From Acidobacteriota bacterium (lineage in GTDB: Bacteria > Acidobacteriota > UBA6911 > RPQK01 > JAJDTT01): DNA of 64,000 bases. Below, one piece after another: positions 20,796 through 30,845 of the stretch. The notes under the pieces were generated by a model, which saw only the letters and a list, made by a program, of their open reading frames with translations, was not told the DNA's origin and made no database searches. How positions within the stretch are numbered: the stretch's first letter is position 1; every line of letters starts with the position of its first letter. Both the position numbers and the translations under genes were made by a program. Where the stretch lies: positions 961,263 to 1,025,262 of the forward strand of contig CBDCLS010000005.1 of assembly GCA_965218775.1 (NCBI GenBank), read 5' to 3'.

Positions 20796-22313
20796 CTACT
20801 CGAGCTTGAAGGAATACAGCCTGGCGTTGCCCAGAACGAACCTGAGCCGGATCTCGCGGCCGGCGACTCCGGAAAGGTCTCGACCCCCTTCCCAGGAAAC
20901 TTTCTGGTAGATGTCTGTCCCCATCAGGGGGCTGCAGTTGGCTGCCTCATAGCCGGGAAGGACCCGACCATCCCGATCCTGCACTTCCACCCGAACATAT
21001 CCCCTAGCGTTGGGGTTGTCGGTGTAGAACTCGCGGTAGGGTTCCTTGCCGCTGTCCCGTTCGAAATTGGGTCTCGAACCGGTCAAGGAGGACATGTTGA
21101 CCCATAGGGAGGAGCCCCTCAGCTTGAGCCGACGAGTCTGGACCGATCCCTCGCTGGTGGCATCCACGGAGACGAAGCCGTCCTGACGGATGGTGGCGAG
21201 GCCGATCTGGCCGTCATGGTCCTCGGAGGGGGCATTGTGCAGGTTGGTGAAACCCGAGTAGTAGATCCAGACCTTACCGTCTTTGACGATGGGGTTGCTG
21301 GAGGGATAGACCATCCCGTTGTCGAAGGCATCGTCCTTCAAGTTGTTGGTGGTAGCCAGGTGCAGGAAGAGCTTCCTGTCCGCGGACCGTTCCCATTCGA
21401 TGCTGTCACGGCTGGACACCAGCTGCATGTCCATGAAGTGGGTGTAGGTGTGGTAGACCCAGAGCAGCCCCAGGAACTGGTTCCCGTAGGGAAAGGCGGA
21501 GAGACCATAGAACTGGGTGTCAGGTGGATCATGCTTGTCCGGTGCCAGCACCTCCTGGGAGCCCCTCCAATGGATGAAATCGTCGCTGACCATTCGTGAC
21601 ACCTTGCGGATGGGACCACCGATGGTCTTGTGATAGAGGATGAATTGGCCGGTTTCAGGATGCTGGGTCACCTCAAAGGTGTCCCCGGTCGCCCAGCAAG
21701 GGACGATGGCCTTCTCGGCGTAGTTGGTCCAGCGCTTTCCGTCGGGTGAGAACGCCACCCAGATACCGCACTGCTCCCTTTCATGGGTCAACCAGTACAG
21801 CAGCTTGTAGCGGCGTGAAGGGTCCGGGTCTCGCTTGTCTTTGAGGACGGAGTGGGTCCAGCCGGACCACTTCAGGAAGATGTTGTTGGCCTTGGATCCC
21901 TGGAACTCGATCAGGCCCAGATCGGGCTTTTCCCATGTGATCCCGTCCTTGGAGGTGGCGTAGCAGAGGAAGTCCTCTATGTCGGGACGCTCGCGGGTGC
22001 CAATGGTGTTGTACCACATCTTGAAGATCTGATCTTCTTCGTCCCAGATCACGGTGCCGGGTTGGAGCACCAGGTAGCCTTCCCAGGGCCGGTCGGGCTT
22101 CAGCAGCGGGTTCTTGGCGTGCTTTCGACCGATGTTCAAGGTTCGCCACACCTGCGTCATCTTTTCGACCAGGTAGTCGTCCACGAAGAGATGAACTCCC
22201 GGGCCCACCTCGATCGGGTCAGGTCCTGCCTGGGTGGTCTGGGAGGAGGCGGTGAAGGCGAAGAGGATACACAGGGCAGGTAGTAACCATTGTCTGGATT
22301 GTCGTAGCTTCAT
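20796..22313 (-). CDS. Secreted beta-propeller glycoside-hydrolase-like protein, paralog 2
   Basis: Signal peptide; LFVDDYLVE...KHAKNPLL..PWE; C-terminal RVEVQDRDGRVLPGY..ANCSPLMGTDIYQKVSWEGGRDLS..IRLRFVLGNARLYSFKLE. Confidence 0.5.
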   Translation of the reverse strand: MKLRQSRQWLLPALCILFAFTASSQTTQAGPDPIEVGPGVHLFVDDYLVEKMTQVWRTLNIGRKHAKNPLLKPDRPWEGYLVLQPGTVIWDEEDQIFKMWYNTIGTRERPDIEDFLCYATSKDGITWEKPDLGLIEFQGSKANNIFLKWSGWTHSVLKDKRDPDPSRRYKLLYWLTHEREQCGIWVAFSPDGKRWTNYAEKAIVPCWATGDTFEVTQHPETGQFILYHKTIGGPIRKVSRMVSDDFIHWRGSQEVLAPDKHDPPDTQFYGLSAFPYGNQFLGLLWVYHTYTHFMDMQLVSSRDSIEWERSADRKLFLHLATTNNLKDDAFDNGMVYPSSNPIVKDGKVWIYYSGFTNLHNAPSEDHDGQIGLATIRQDGFVSVDATSEGSVQTRRLKLRGSSLWVNMSSLTGSRPNFERDSGKEPYREFYTDNPNARGYVRVEVQDRDGRVLPGYEAANCSPLMGTDIYQKVSWEGGRDLSGVAGREIRLRFVLGNARLYSFKLE

Positions 22314-22374
22314 GATTCAGTTCTCCAAAGATGGCTTTCTTAGCGACGTGCGACGTTCAGACGTTCAGACGAAT

Positions 22375-23394
22375 TCACTCCACAGAGAGATAGGCTCTGA
22401 TGTTGCAGAGGTGCTGCACGAACTCGGCGGTGATCAGGATGTTGTCGCCTGTCGTCGGTTGGGGCGTCCAGAATTTGGTGTTCTCCCAGTGCCCGTCTTC
22501 GAGCTGGTGTTCCACGAACCAATCTCCCAGACGAATCGTCCATTCTCGGAACTGCTCTTCCCGCGTGGCGACATAAAGGAGTCCTGATCCCCATCCTGAC
22601 TTGCAGAGCTGCTTGGAGTCGAACTGACATGCGTCGCTGGTCATAGAGAATCTCTGGTACTCCCGGGCGAGGTCGAGCCACTGGGTGTCGCCGGTGGCCA
22701 TGTGGAGCTGGGAGAGAAACGCGGCGGCGATGCCCCCGTTGAAGTGGTGTTGCCAGGGCTCGTCTTTCTTGGTGACGTAGAAGGCCTCCTGGTCTTCTGG
22801 GTAATTCTGAACCAGGCCCTGGGAGCGGCTGTAGACCGCGTAGAGTCTCCGCTCCGGTTCCGGCTGCAGGTCCCAGAGCCGCCGGAACCACTCGCCAGCC
22901 TTGATGGCGGCCTCCACCCGACCCGTGAGCGCCAAGCTCATACCCGCTTGAGCGGTGGGGAAAAGCTCCTGCTCGGCGTCCTCACTCCGGTCCGTACGGG
23001 TGGCGTAGAACCCTCCGGTTTCGGGGTCCTGCCAGGTCAACAGCTGCTCGGTGCCGCGGCGAACCAGATCGATCCGTCCCAGCAGGCTAGACCCAAAGAT
23101 GAGACAGGCGAGTGGATAGGAGCCATAACGTGGATCCTCGGGGCCCTGTGTCGAGATCCCCTCCAGGCGACCCTCCGGGGTCATCATGTTGTGATCGATC
23201 CAATCCAGCAGGCAGTGGCCTGCCGAGATTTCTCCCATAAGCGCGAAGGCCCAGGGTACCCGGTAGTAGAAGATTCGCTCCTGGACGGGTCCCACTGAGC
23301 CGTCTGGATTGATGTGATTCAGAATCCAGTCGGTACCAGTACGGCACGCCTTTGTGTAGGCCTCGAGCTTGGCGTCGATTTCAATTGTCAGCAT
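22375..23394 (-). CDS. (alpha/alpha)6-barrel 'six-hairpin glycosidase-like' protein (AGE / unsaturated-glycosyl-hydrolase superfamily-like), family uncertain
   Basis: About 340 aa with a repetitive aromatic-rich helical-hairpin pattern (W/Y-rich, GGFY, WQHHFNGG). ATG at 23394 is preceded by GGGAGG. Confidence 0.35.
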   Translation of the reverse strand: MLTIEIDAKLEAYTKACRTGTDWILNHINPDGSVGPVQERIFYYRVPWAFALMGEISAGHCLLDWIDHNMMTPEGRLEGISTQGPEDPRYGSYPLACLIFGSSLLGRIDLVRRGTEQLLTWQDPETGGFYATRTDRSEDAEQELFPTAQAGMSLALTGRVEAAIKAGEWFRRLWDLQPEPERRLYAVYSRSQGLVQNYPEDQEAFYVTKKDEPWQHHFNGGIAAAFLSQLHMATGDTQWLDLAREYQRFSMTSDACQFDSKQLCKSGWGSGLLYVATREEQFREWTIRLGDWFVEHQLEDGHWENTKFWTPQPTTGDNILITAEFVQHLCNIRAYLSVE

Positions 23395-23475
23395 GGTTCC
23401 TCCCGTTACCTGCGAATATACTCGAAGCAAGGGAAGAGAAACAACAGCTGCCGTGCTCACCGTCTCGGGGCTTAT

Positions 23476-23551
23476 GTAGCTTTGGTCTCCAGGCCGAAGT
23501 CTTCTGTCGAGCCGTTGGCTCGACAGACGGCGGTCTGGAGACCACCGCTAC
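23476..23551. repeat. REP family A, full copy 4 with compensatory stem changes
   Basis: gtagctttggTctccaggccgaag...cggcggTctggagAccaccgctac. The C-to-T change in the left arm is mirrored by G-to-A in the right arm, so pairing is preserved. Confidence 0.75.
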
Positions 23552-23568
23552 AAGTGGGCCCGCAGGTC

Positions 23569-25365
23569 CTACCAACCCAAAGCGTAACAGGACCTGCGCG
23601 GATCCGATCCCGTTGCCATGACGCCGGTTTGGGGATCGCGGCGAGCGACGGTGGCTCCCATTCCACAGACCGTGGCGGGTACCAACCGATGTCCCAGGGT
23701 CTGGAGCCTCTCCCAGGTAGACTCAGAGAACCCGCTTTCCAGGGAGAGTTGACCCGGCAGACACTCGTGTGGATGGAAGGAGTTGGGAGCCGAGTCGCAA
23801 CCAAAGCGCGGAGATTCGATGGCCTGTTGGGGATCCATGTCGAAGACCAGTGTATTGAGCATCAGCTGGAGGTTGGCCTGGGCTTGATGATCTCCTCCAG
23901 GACAACCGAAGGTCATTACCGGGGAACCGCCCTTGAGCACCACGTAATTGACTAAAGTGGTGCGGGGTCGCTTGCCCGGGACCAGCATGTTGGGATGCCC
24001 TTCCTCCAACTGGAACATCTCGATCCGGGTGCTGAGAGCGAAACCCAGTTCAGGAAAGAAAACCGACTTCCCGAAAGAGCCTCCACTGGGCGTAGCGCAG
24101 ACCAGGTTGCCTTCCATATCGACGGCTGCGATGTGAGTGGTCCCCTGCTCCTGCGAGGAGGGACCTCCCGGTGCACCGGTTGGTCTGGAGCCGCTCAGCA
24201 GAGAAGCTGGGGGCCGATCAGCTTTGGAGTCCGGCCAGGGATCTCCGGGCGGAGGAAGCTCCGGCTGCGCACGATCCGGATCGATGAGCCGGGAGCGACG
24301 CAAGGCGTATTCCTTGGAGAGGAGACCGTCGAGGGGGATCGCCGTGAACTCCGGATCGCCGAAGTGGGCTTCTCGGTCGGCCAGCGCCAGCTTGAGGGCT
24401 TCCACCACTGTATGAACGTAGGCTGGCGAATTGTGTCCCATGGACTTCAAGTCGAAGTGCTCGAGCATGTTGAGTGTCAGCTGGAGTACCGAGGCCTGAG
24501 ACCAGGTTCGTTGGCCGCAGATTTCGTGGCCCAAAAAGCGGATGCGCGCCGGCTCCTCGAACCTGGCCTGGTAGGTGTCCAGGTCTTCTAGTTCCAGAAT
24601 GCCACCTACACTTCGTGAAGACTCCACCAGGGTCCGAGCCAGGTCACCCCGGTAGAAATCGTCCCGGGCCGACCGAATGCCGTCCAGCCTTTGGCCCGAA
24701 GCTCCGTGCGCCGCCAGGCTCTCGAGGGTCGTTGCCAGCCCTGGTTGGAGTAGCAGTGTCCCGGGTCGGGGAAGGGCTCCCCGATCGTAGAAAATCTCTG
24801 AGCCCCCGGGGGGATAGAGCGCAAACTGATCGCGGGTTGCCTGGGAGTCGAGGGCGTCGATCATGTACTCGTAGTGCGGAAACCCACCCCTGGCCAGCCG
24901 AATTGCTGGCTCCAGAACGCGCGGCAGACTCAAGGTCCCGTAGCGCTCCAGCAGCGAAAAATAGGCACCGACTGCACCCGGAACAGTGAAGGACAGATGG
25001 GCCAGGGAACCGGGCCCCGTAGGTATGCAGTCGAGTCCCTGGTCCTGGTAGAAGGCAACCGTGGCCCTGGCTGGAGCCGTGCCCTGTCCGCTTAAGGAGA
25101 GAAGATCCCCGCTGGCGGCGTGGTGAAACATGAACACGGACTCGGCGCCCAGCGAGTAGGACGCGATCGGTTCGGTGACCGCGGCGGCGAAGCCCGCGGC
25201 AACCACCGCATCGAAGGCGTTTCCACCGGCGAGCAGCATCTGCATTCCGGCCATTGAGGTCAGGTAGTGGCCACTGGAAATCAGTCCCTGGGTGGCGTAG
25301 ATAACCGGTCGCCCCGTGAGGGGACGTCCACCGGCGTCGGTCTGGGCTTTGAGTGGTTTTTCCAT
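23569..25365 (-). CDS. ggt: Gamma-glutamyltranspeptidase family protein
   Basis: Autoprocessing/nucleophile motif GTTHIAAVD; ~600 aa; GGT-family pattern throughout. Confidence 0.9.
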   Translation of the reverse strand: MEKPLKAQTDAGGRPLTGRPVIYATQGLISSGHYLTSMAGMQMLLAGGNAFDAVVAAGFAAAVTEPIASYSLGAESVFMFHHAASGDLLSLSGQGTAPARATVAFYQDQGLDCIPTGPGSLAHLSFTVPGAVGAYFSLLERYGTLSLPRVLEPAIRLARGGFPHYEYMIDALDSQATRDQFALYPPGGSEIFYDRGALPRPGTLLLQPGLATTLESLAAHGASGQRLDGIRSARDDFYRGDLARTLVESSRSVGGILELEDLDTYQARFEEPARIRFLGHEICGQRTWSQASVLQLTLNMLEHFDLKSMGHNSPAYVHTVVEALKLALADREAHFGDPEFTAIPLDGLLSKEYALRRSRLIDPDRAQPELPPPGDPWPDSKADRPPASLLSGSRPTGAPGGPSSQEQGTTHIAAVDMEGNLVCATPSGGSFGKSVFFPELGFALSTRIEMFQLEEGHPNMLVPGKRPRTTLVNYVVLKGGSPVMTFGCPGGDHQAQANLQLMLNTLVFDMDPQQAIESPRFGCDSAPNSFHPHECLPGQLSLESGFSESTWERLQTLGHRLVPATVCGMGATVARRDPQTGVMATGSDPRRSCYALGW

Positions 25366-25406
25366 GGAGACGAATCCTACTGGATATGCTCCGAAAAGGG
25401 GAATTG

Positions 25407-27650
25407 TTAGCGGTCGGGACGGCCGCTCAAGGCAGCGATTTCCTCACCGCTGAGGACTCTCCGCACGACCAGGATGTCGTCGACCCATCCCTGCAGCTGA
25501 TTGTTAGGCGCCGCCGTGACCTTGTCGCGGTAGGTGATGAAGCGGCCTCCCTGATCTTCTCCTACCCTGAGATTTGCTGCCAGATGGATCCCCACCTCTG
25601 AGGAAGAGCCAGAAGCCCGGCGCAAGTCGATGATCGAGCCGTCATAGTAGAGGTGCATCGTCCCCGCCCGGATGCGTTCCGAGGCAACCTCGCTTCCGTC
25701 GAGATAGAGCTTCACCTCCCCCCGGTCGTGAGTCGCTGCAAAATGGTGGTAGCGGCCGTCGCGGAAGAAGCGCAGTCCTGATTGCACCCGCTGCCCGTTG
25801 AGGGTGAGGGAGAGGGTGCCGACACTTGGGTTCACGTCGAAGATCAGCTCGCCGGTGACGGGAACACCGCTGCCACGATGGGTGCTGAACAGTCGGGTTA
25901 GTCGCCGTTCTTCGGTGCGCATCCGGGCTGCGAGACTGAACTGCGTTCCCAAGTGGGAGGTGCCCAGGATCTCGAACGTGTCCAGGGTGTTTCCGTCCCC
26001 TTCAAAGTGCAGCGCCGATCCCCCCTGTGCCGATGGATCGGGGTCGGGAGCCACGCGAACCCGGTTGTGAAATCGGGCCTGCTGCAAACCATCGCGGCTT
26101 GCCCCATCGGTGGCGGTGGTCCCGGCGTCTTTGTCGAAGCTGAAGGAGATCTCCAAGGGGGGATTCGTGGCTTCCGGTCTGACCTTCTCTCCGGCCATGA
26201 AGGAGTAGAGAGCGGCATTGACGAGCAGAAAGCGAAATCTGAGGCTGTCGTTGGTCTCTGGCAGTTCGCTGCGAGAACCCCAGGTTACCTTCTGATTCAC
26301 AGTGTCGGCCGAGATGGGATCGCAGTCGTCTCGGGAGTAGCCGTCGATGACGTTGCCCTGTCGATCCAGCACCTCGACCTTCACCCAACCCCCATTAACA
26401 GCGGTGTTCAGGCGCAACTCGCCGTCGCTTCCGATGAGAGGTCTGGTCGTCACTGTCCCCATCTCGCTTCCGGCGTCGAGCGAGGCGAAGCCGTCCTTTC
26501 TCAGGGTTGCCAGGCCGATCGCGGCTTTCCCGCCCCCGGTGTGGTAGTCGTTGGTACCGCCGTAGTAGAGCCGGATCGTGTCGCCCTCCACCATCGGTTG
26601 GTTCAACGTTACCACCACGGCCTGATCCCAGCTGCCGGCTTCGCCGAGGGGAAGAATGGGTGGCCGCTCACCCTCCTGCCGTACCCAGTGGATGCCGTCA
26701 TGGCTGCTGACGAGCTCGGCGAAGATCCGCCCTTCGTTCTTGCCGTCCTCAATTCTGAAGATCCACAGAAAGCCCAGGTACGTCGACTCGTAGGCAAAGC
26801 CGCTGAGGCCGTAGAGATCGGTGTGTTGCCCATCCCTGGTAACCCAGCGGTCGTCTACTTCGTCCGGAACCAGAATCAACTCCGCTGGAGGCCATTTTTC
26901 GAAGTCGGTGGTGCTGGTGAAGCCTACACTGCGGCGGCGATAGCCCCGAACTGGAGCAAAGGTCTTCGGATAGCCCAGATAGCGTTCAGTGTGTGGATCC
27001 CAGACGAAGTTTCCGACATCACCCGGATCCACCAGGACGGGATTCTTTTCCACTTCGGTCCAGCGGATGCCGTCCGGCGAGTAGGCTGCCCAGAAACCGC
27101 TGGTCATGTGATCAGGAGGGGTTCGACCATAGTCATAGTTGATCAACTTATAGCGTTTCTGCGGATCCGGTTCCCAGGGAGTATGAATGACCTGGGGCAT
27201 GTGATCTTCCTTGGATCGCCAAAAGATGAGGTTGTTCTCCTCGGGTATCCCCTCCCGTTCCACCAGCCCCAGGTTCGGTTTATCCCAGTTGATGCCATCC
27301 TGGCTGGTGGCATACAGGTTCAGGTATCCGTCGGCCGAAGCGTGATACCAGAGGCGGTAGCCGGGGCCCTCCTCATGGGGCAACACGGTTCCGTAGACGA
27401 ATACACGATAGTCTTCCCAAGGCTTGTCTCCCGTGAGCACCGGATTACCGGAGTACTTCTCGAAAGGATGGTAGGTCCTGATCAGTCCCTTTTTGGTCTC
27501 CACCAGATGGTCATCGACGAACAGCTGCCAGGGACCGCTCAGGTCTCCAAGAGACCGGGATTCAATCGGGGCCTCTGGAGCTTTTTCGGAAGCTGCACAA
27601 CCACCATAGATGAGCAAGCAGAGCACCAGGAATCCCGGACAATTTTTCAT
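25407..27650 (-). CDS. Secreted beta-propeller glycoside-hydrolase-like protein, paralog 3, with extra C-terminal LamG/concanavalin-A-like domain
   Basis: LFVDDHLVE...NPVLTGDKPWE; central VKVEVLDRQGNVIDGYSRDDCDPI...LRFRFLLVNAALYSF; C-terminal LamG-like block (WVDDILVVRRVLSGEEIAALSG). The internal ATG at 27650 (MKNCPGF...) sits before the signal peptide and is the chosen start, rather than the track ORF's non-ATG start at 27719. Confidence 0.5.
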   Translation of the reverse strand: MKNCPGFLVLCLLIYGGCAASEKAPEAPIESRSLGDLSGPWQLFVDDHLVETKKGLIRTYHPFEKYSGNPVLTGDKPWEDYRVFVYGTVLPHEEGPGYRLWYHASADGYLNLYATSQDGINWDKPNLGLVEREGIPEENNLIFWRSKEDHMPQVIHTPWEPDPQKRYKLINYDYGRTPPDHMTSGFWAAYSPDGIRWTEVEKNPVLVDPGDVGNFVWDPHTERYLGYPKTFAPVRGYRRRSVGFTSTTDFEKWPPAELILVPDEVDDRWVTRDGQHTDLYGLSGFAYESTYLGFLWIFRIEDGKNEGRIFAELVSSHDGIHWVRQEGERPPILPLGEAGSWDQAVVVTLNQPMVEGDTIRLYYGGTNDYHTGGGKAAIGLATLRKDGFASLDAGSEMGTVTTRPLIGSDGELRLNTAVNGGWVKVEVLDRQGNVIDGYSRDDCDPISADTVNQKVTWGSRSELPETNDSLRFRFLLVNAALYSFMAGEKVRPEATNPPLEISFSFDKDAGTTATDGASRDGLQQARFHNRVRVAPDPDPSAQGGSALHFEGDGNTLDTFEILGTSHLGTQFSLAARMRTEERRLTRLFSTHRGSGVPVTGELIFDVNPSVGTLSLTLNGQRVQSGLRFFRDGRYHHFAATHDRGEVKLYLDGSEVASERIRAGTMHLYYDGSIIDLRRASGSSSEVGIHLAANLRVGEDQGGRFITYRDKVTAAPNNQLQGWVDDILVVRRVLSGEEIAALSGRPDR

Positions 27651-27913
27651 GATCTTTCCCCCTTGGCCTTCATTTGATGCCATCTGGGTACCAGTATCAA
27701 GTCCAACTATCGGAGGCACTTGGGGAAAGCTTGCGAGCAGACATCTGCTTGGCCCAACAGAGCTGCTCCAGCCCGAGCTAAAAGGAGATCTTGAACAGCG
27801 GGCCGATTCGAAATACCCTACCTAACGCTATCCCGAAAGCTTCAGTCTTTTAACGTCTATCGGGCTAGAACACTCGCTTTGATGTTGTTGTTTTTCAATA
27901 TTTTGAGGGAAAA

Positions 27914-29476
27914 ATGTTCGACCTGATCGTAAAGAATGGCACCTTGATCGATGGTAGCGGAGCCCCTCGTTACCGAGCGGACATTGGAATAGATAAGGAT
28001 CGCATTCAGCAAATCGACGATTTGAAGGAGGCCAAAAGCGGGCGCACGATTGATGCTGGCGGCAAGATCGTTGCTCCCGGGTTCGTGGATGTCCACAATC
28101 ACTCGGATGCCTGGTTGCTCAAGAAACCCCACATGTTTTCCAAGACCAGCCAGGGGTTTACGTCTGAAGTCATCATGGCGGACGGGATCTCCTATGCTCC
28201 CGTCAATCGGCACACCGCACGCCATTGGATCTACTATCTGCGCTCACTCAACGCACTGCGCTTCGAGGAGTACCAGGGCTGGGAGACCCTGGCCGATTAC
28301 ATGTCCTTGTTGGATGGCAGCAATGTACAGAACAGTATTCCCCACATACCCTATGCCAACGTCCGGGCTCTCGCCTGCGGATTCGGATCGCGCCGCCCCG
28401 ACGACAAGCAGATGGAGCTGATCCAAGGGGAAATCGAGAAAGGTATGGAAGCAGGTGCGGTGGGGATCTCAACTGGCTTGGACTATATCGCTGAATGCTT
28501 CGCCGACACCGACGAACTGGTGGAGGCCTGTCGTGTCATGTCGTCGGCGCGTGGCCTCTACGTGACGCATATGCGCTACAAGAAAGGGATCATGAGGGCC
28601 CTCGCGGAGGCGGTTGAGATCGGGAAGCGAGCCGATGTCCCCGTCCACATCTCACACCTGAAGGCTTCCAACGTTAGAGAAGCGGAAGAGGTACTGACCT
28701 ATGTAGATAGCGTTGCCACGCAAGAGGTCGACTTCTCCTTCGATGTTTATCCCTACCTGGCCGGTTCCACGATGCTGAACTTCTTTTTGCCCTACGAAGT
28801 CTGGGAGGAGGGCCCTCTGTTTGCTCTGGGCAGACTCCAGGAGCCCCTCATCCGGAACAAGATCTTCACCAACCCAGGTCGCTTTTCATTGGAAAAGTTG
28901 GTGATTGCGTGGGTCGCCAGCAAGGAGAACAGTCACTATCAGGGGATGACGCTTGGAGAGTATTTCTCCGGCACGAAGCTTCCGGCAGTCGATGCGTTCT
29001 GCGATCTGCTGATCGAGGAGGGTCTGGCCGTTCTGGCGGTAAGCCCACGCAGCGGGGAGGGCGTGATCGCACCTTTGCTTGCTCATCCTTGCTACATGAT
29101 GGGCTCGGACGGTATCTATCAGGAAGGCGGAGTCATCCATCCCAGGCAGTATGGTTCGGCGACTCGACTTCTCGGACCCTGCGTGCGGGATGAGAAGCTG
29201 TTTTCCCTGGAGCAAGCGGTGCACAAGCTGAGTGGTCTACCGGCTCGGCGATTCGGTCTCCGCCAAAGGGGAACTGTCGAAGAAGGGAACTACGCTGATC
29301 TTGTCGTTTTTGACGAAGTCCAGGTCTGCGATCAGGCCACTTTCGAAGACCCCCATCAGTACTCGGTCGGCATCGAGCATGTCCTGGTCAACGGTGTGCC
29401 CATTATCGAAGGGAGTCAGCCTGTCGCCGACCTCTCCACACCCTTGCCAGGCCGGGCGCTCAGCTTTGGCGTCTGA
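27914..29476 (+). CDS. D-aminoacylase / N-acyl-D-amino-acid deacylase family amidohydrolase
   Basis: N-terminal DLIVKNGTLIDGSG, PGFVDVHNHSD metal site, ~520 aa; typical of N-acyl-D-Glu/D-Asp deacylases. Confidence 0.85.
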   Translation: MFDLIVKNGTLIDGSGAPRYRADIGIDKDRIQQIDDLKEAKSGRTIDAGGKIVAPGFVDVHNHSDAWLLKKPHMFSKTSQGFTSEVIMADGISYAPVNRHTARHWIYYLRSLNALRFEEYQGWETLADYMSLLDGSNVQNSIPHIPYANVRALACGFGSRRPDDKQMELIQGEIEKGMEAGAVGISTGLDYIAECFADTDELVEACRVMSSARGLYVTHMRYKKGIMRALAEAVEIGKRADVPVHISHLKASNVREAEEVLTYVDSVATQEVDFSFDVYPYLAGSTMLNFFLPYEVWEEGPLFALGRLQEPLIRNKIFTNPGRFSLEKLVIAWVASKENSHYQGMTLGEYFSGTKLPAVDAFCDLLIEEGLAVLAVSPRSGEGVIAPLLAHPCYMMGSDGIYQEGGVIHPRQYGSATRLLGPCVRDEKLFSLEQAVHKLSGLPARRFGLRQRGTVEEGNYADLVVFDEVQVCDQATFEDPHQYSVGIEHVLVNGVPIIEGSQPVADLSTPLPGRALSFGV

Positions 29477-29685
29477 AGAGGAGCCTCTGCGATTTTCGTG
29501 TGCTCCGCAGGCTCCCCTCCCTGTATCTCTGATGCAACAGGTTGTGGCTTCAGGTTCACACTAAGCGCTCTGCCCGAGCCGGAGAGTGCCCGCCTGGAAG
29601 GGGTCTTCGGTCTGGTTGTGTTCTTGCATCTAAGGAAAGTCCTTGGATTTCTCCGAATCGTCCAACGGGGAGCTTGAAAGCAGAG

Positions 29686-30567
29686 ATGCAAACCACGATC
29701 AAGGGTCCTGTCAAGGTCTCGGGAGTGGGTCTTCATACGGGTTGTCAGGTCTCGCTGGAGTTGAAGCCCGCTTCAGAGAATACCGGCATCGTTTTTCGGC
29801 GGGTCGATCTTCAGAACTTCGAGATCGAGGCCTTACGCAATCATGTCTCACGTGTGGTACTCGCCACGACGCTGATGAAGCGAGGCGTGATGCTCTCGAC
29901 GGTGGAGCATATCCTGTCCGCTCTGTACGGGCTTGAATTGGACAATGTCTACCTGGATATTGACTCGCTAGAAGTCCCGATTCTGGATGGTTCGGCACTT
30001 TCCTTCGTCGAAGCCGTGCTGTCCGTGGGCATCGAGGAGCAGTCGGCTGAGCGGATCCTCCTGAAAGTAGACAAGCCGATTCGTCTGAAGGACGGTGAGA
30101 AGTTCATCTCGATCGAGCCCTTCCCTACGTTTCGGATCTCCTATGAGATCGAGTTCTCCCATCCTGCCATCGGTCGACAGGAAATCGACCTGGAAATGAG
30201 TCCGGAGAGCTACGCCCGAGAGATTGCTTTCGCTCGAACCTTCGGCTTTTATGCGGAGGTCAAGCAACTCCAGGACAAGGGACTGATTCGAGGCGGATCA
30301 TTCGACAACGCCGTGGTCTTGAGTGATGACGGGATCATGAATGGGGAGTTGAGGGCACCGGACGAGTTTGTCCGCCACAAGATGCTGGATCTGATCGGCG
30401 ACGTTTCCCTCTGTGGATGGCCGATTATCGGTCGCGTCAAGGCGTACAAGGCCGGGCACGCCCTGCACACCGCTCTGGCGACAGCCATCTTCCGCAACCC
30501 TTCCTTTTTTTCCAGAGTCAAGGAAACAGATCCAGTTTCCTCCCAGGCGAACCGCCTTTCCGCCTGA
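29686..30567 (+). CDS. lpxC: UDP-3-O-acyl-N-acetylglucosamine deacetylase
   Basis: MQTTIKGPVKVSGVGLHTG, HKMLDLIGD and GHALHTAL motifs. ATG at 29686; the track ORF begins earlier at a non-conserved extension. Confidence 0.9.
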   Translation: MQTTIKGPVKVSGVGLHTGCQVSLELKPASENTGIVFRRVDLQNFEIEALRNHVSRVVLATTLMKRGVMLSTVEHILSALYGLELDNVYLDIDSLEVPILDGSALSFVEAVLSVGIEEQSAERILLKVDKPIRLKDGEKFISIEPFPTFRISYEIEFSHPAIGRQEIDLEMSPESYAREIAFARTFGFYAEVKQLQDKGLIRGGSFDNAVVLSDDGIMNGELRAPDEFVRHKMLDLIGDVSLCGWPIIGRVKAYKAGHALHTALATAIFRNPSFFSRVKETDPVSSQANRLSA

Positions 30568-30666
30568 ACTGATCTGACCTCCATTTTCGTTGGGGTTGAC
30601 GGGCTACAGATTCAGGTTCAACGAGCACCAACTCCCCACCATCGCCGATCCCACAGCGAGGCAAAC

Positions 30667-30729
30667 GTCGTCCACTCACTGCCGTCCGTCCACTCACTGT
30701 CGTCTGTCCCCAGTGGCACCCAGTGGCAC
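30667..30729. repeat. Short tandem direct repeats upstream of the amidase gene (2x ~18 bp, then 2x 10 bp)
   Basis: gtcgtccactcactgcc / gtccgtccactcactgtcg, then cccagtggcac / ccagtggcac. TCTGTCCCC occurs twice here, and the related TGTCCCC three times at 436-480. Confidence 0.5.
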
Positions 30730-30845
30730 TCAATCTCCTCTGTCCCCAGCCGTGGGCCTCGGCCTTCCGGCGTCTCATCGAAGCGAACGCTCGGTCTACA
30801 GGGTGATCATTTCATTCGGGTAGCAGGCCACCCAGCTAGACTATA

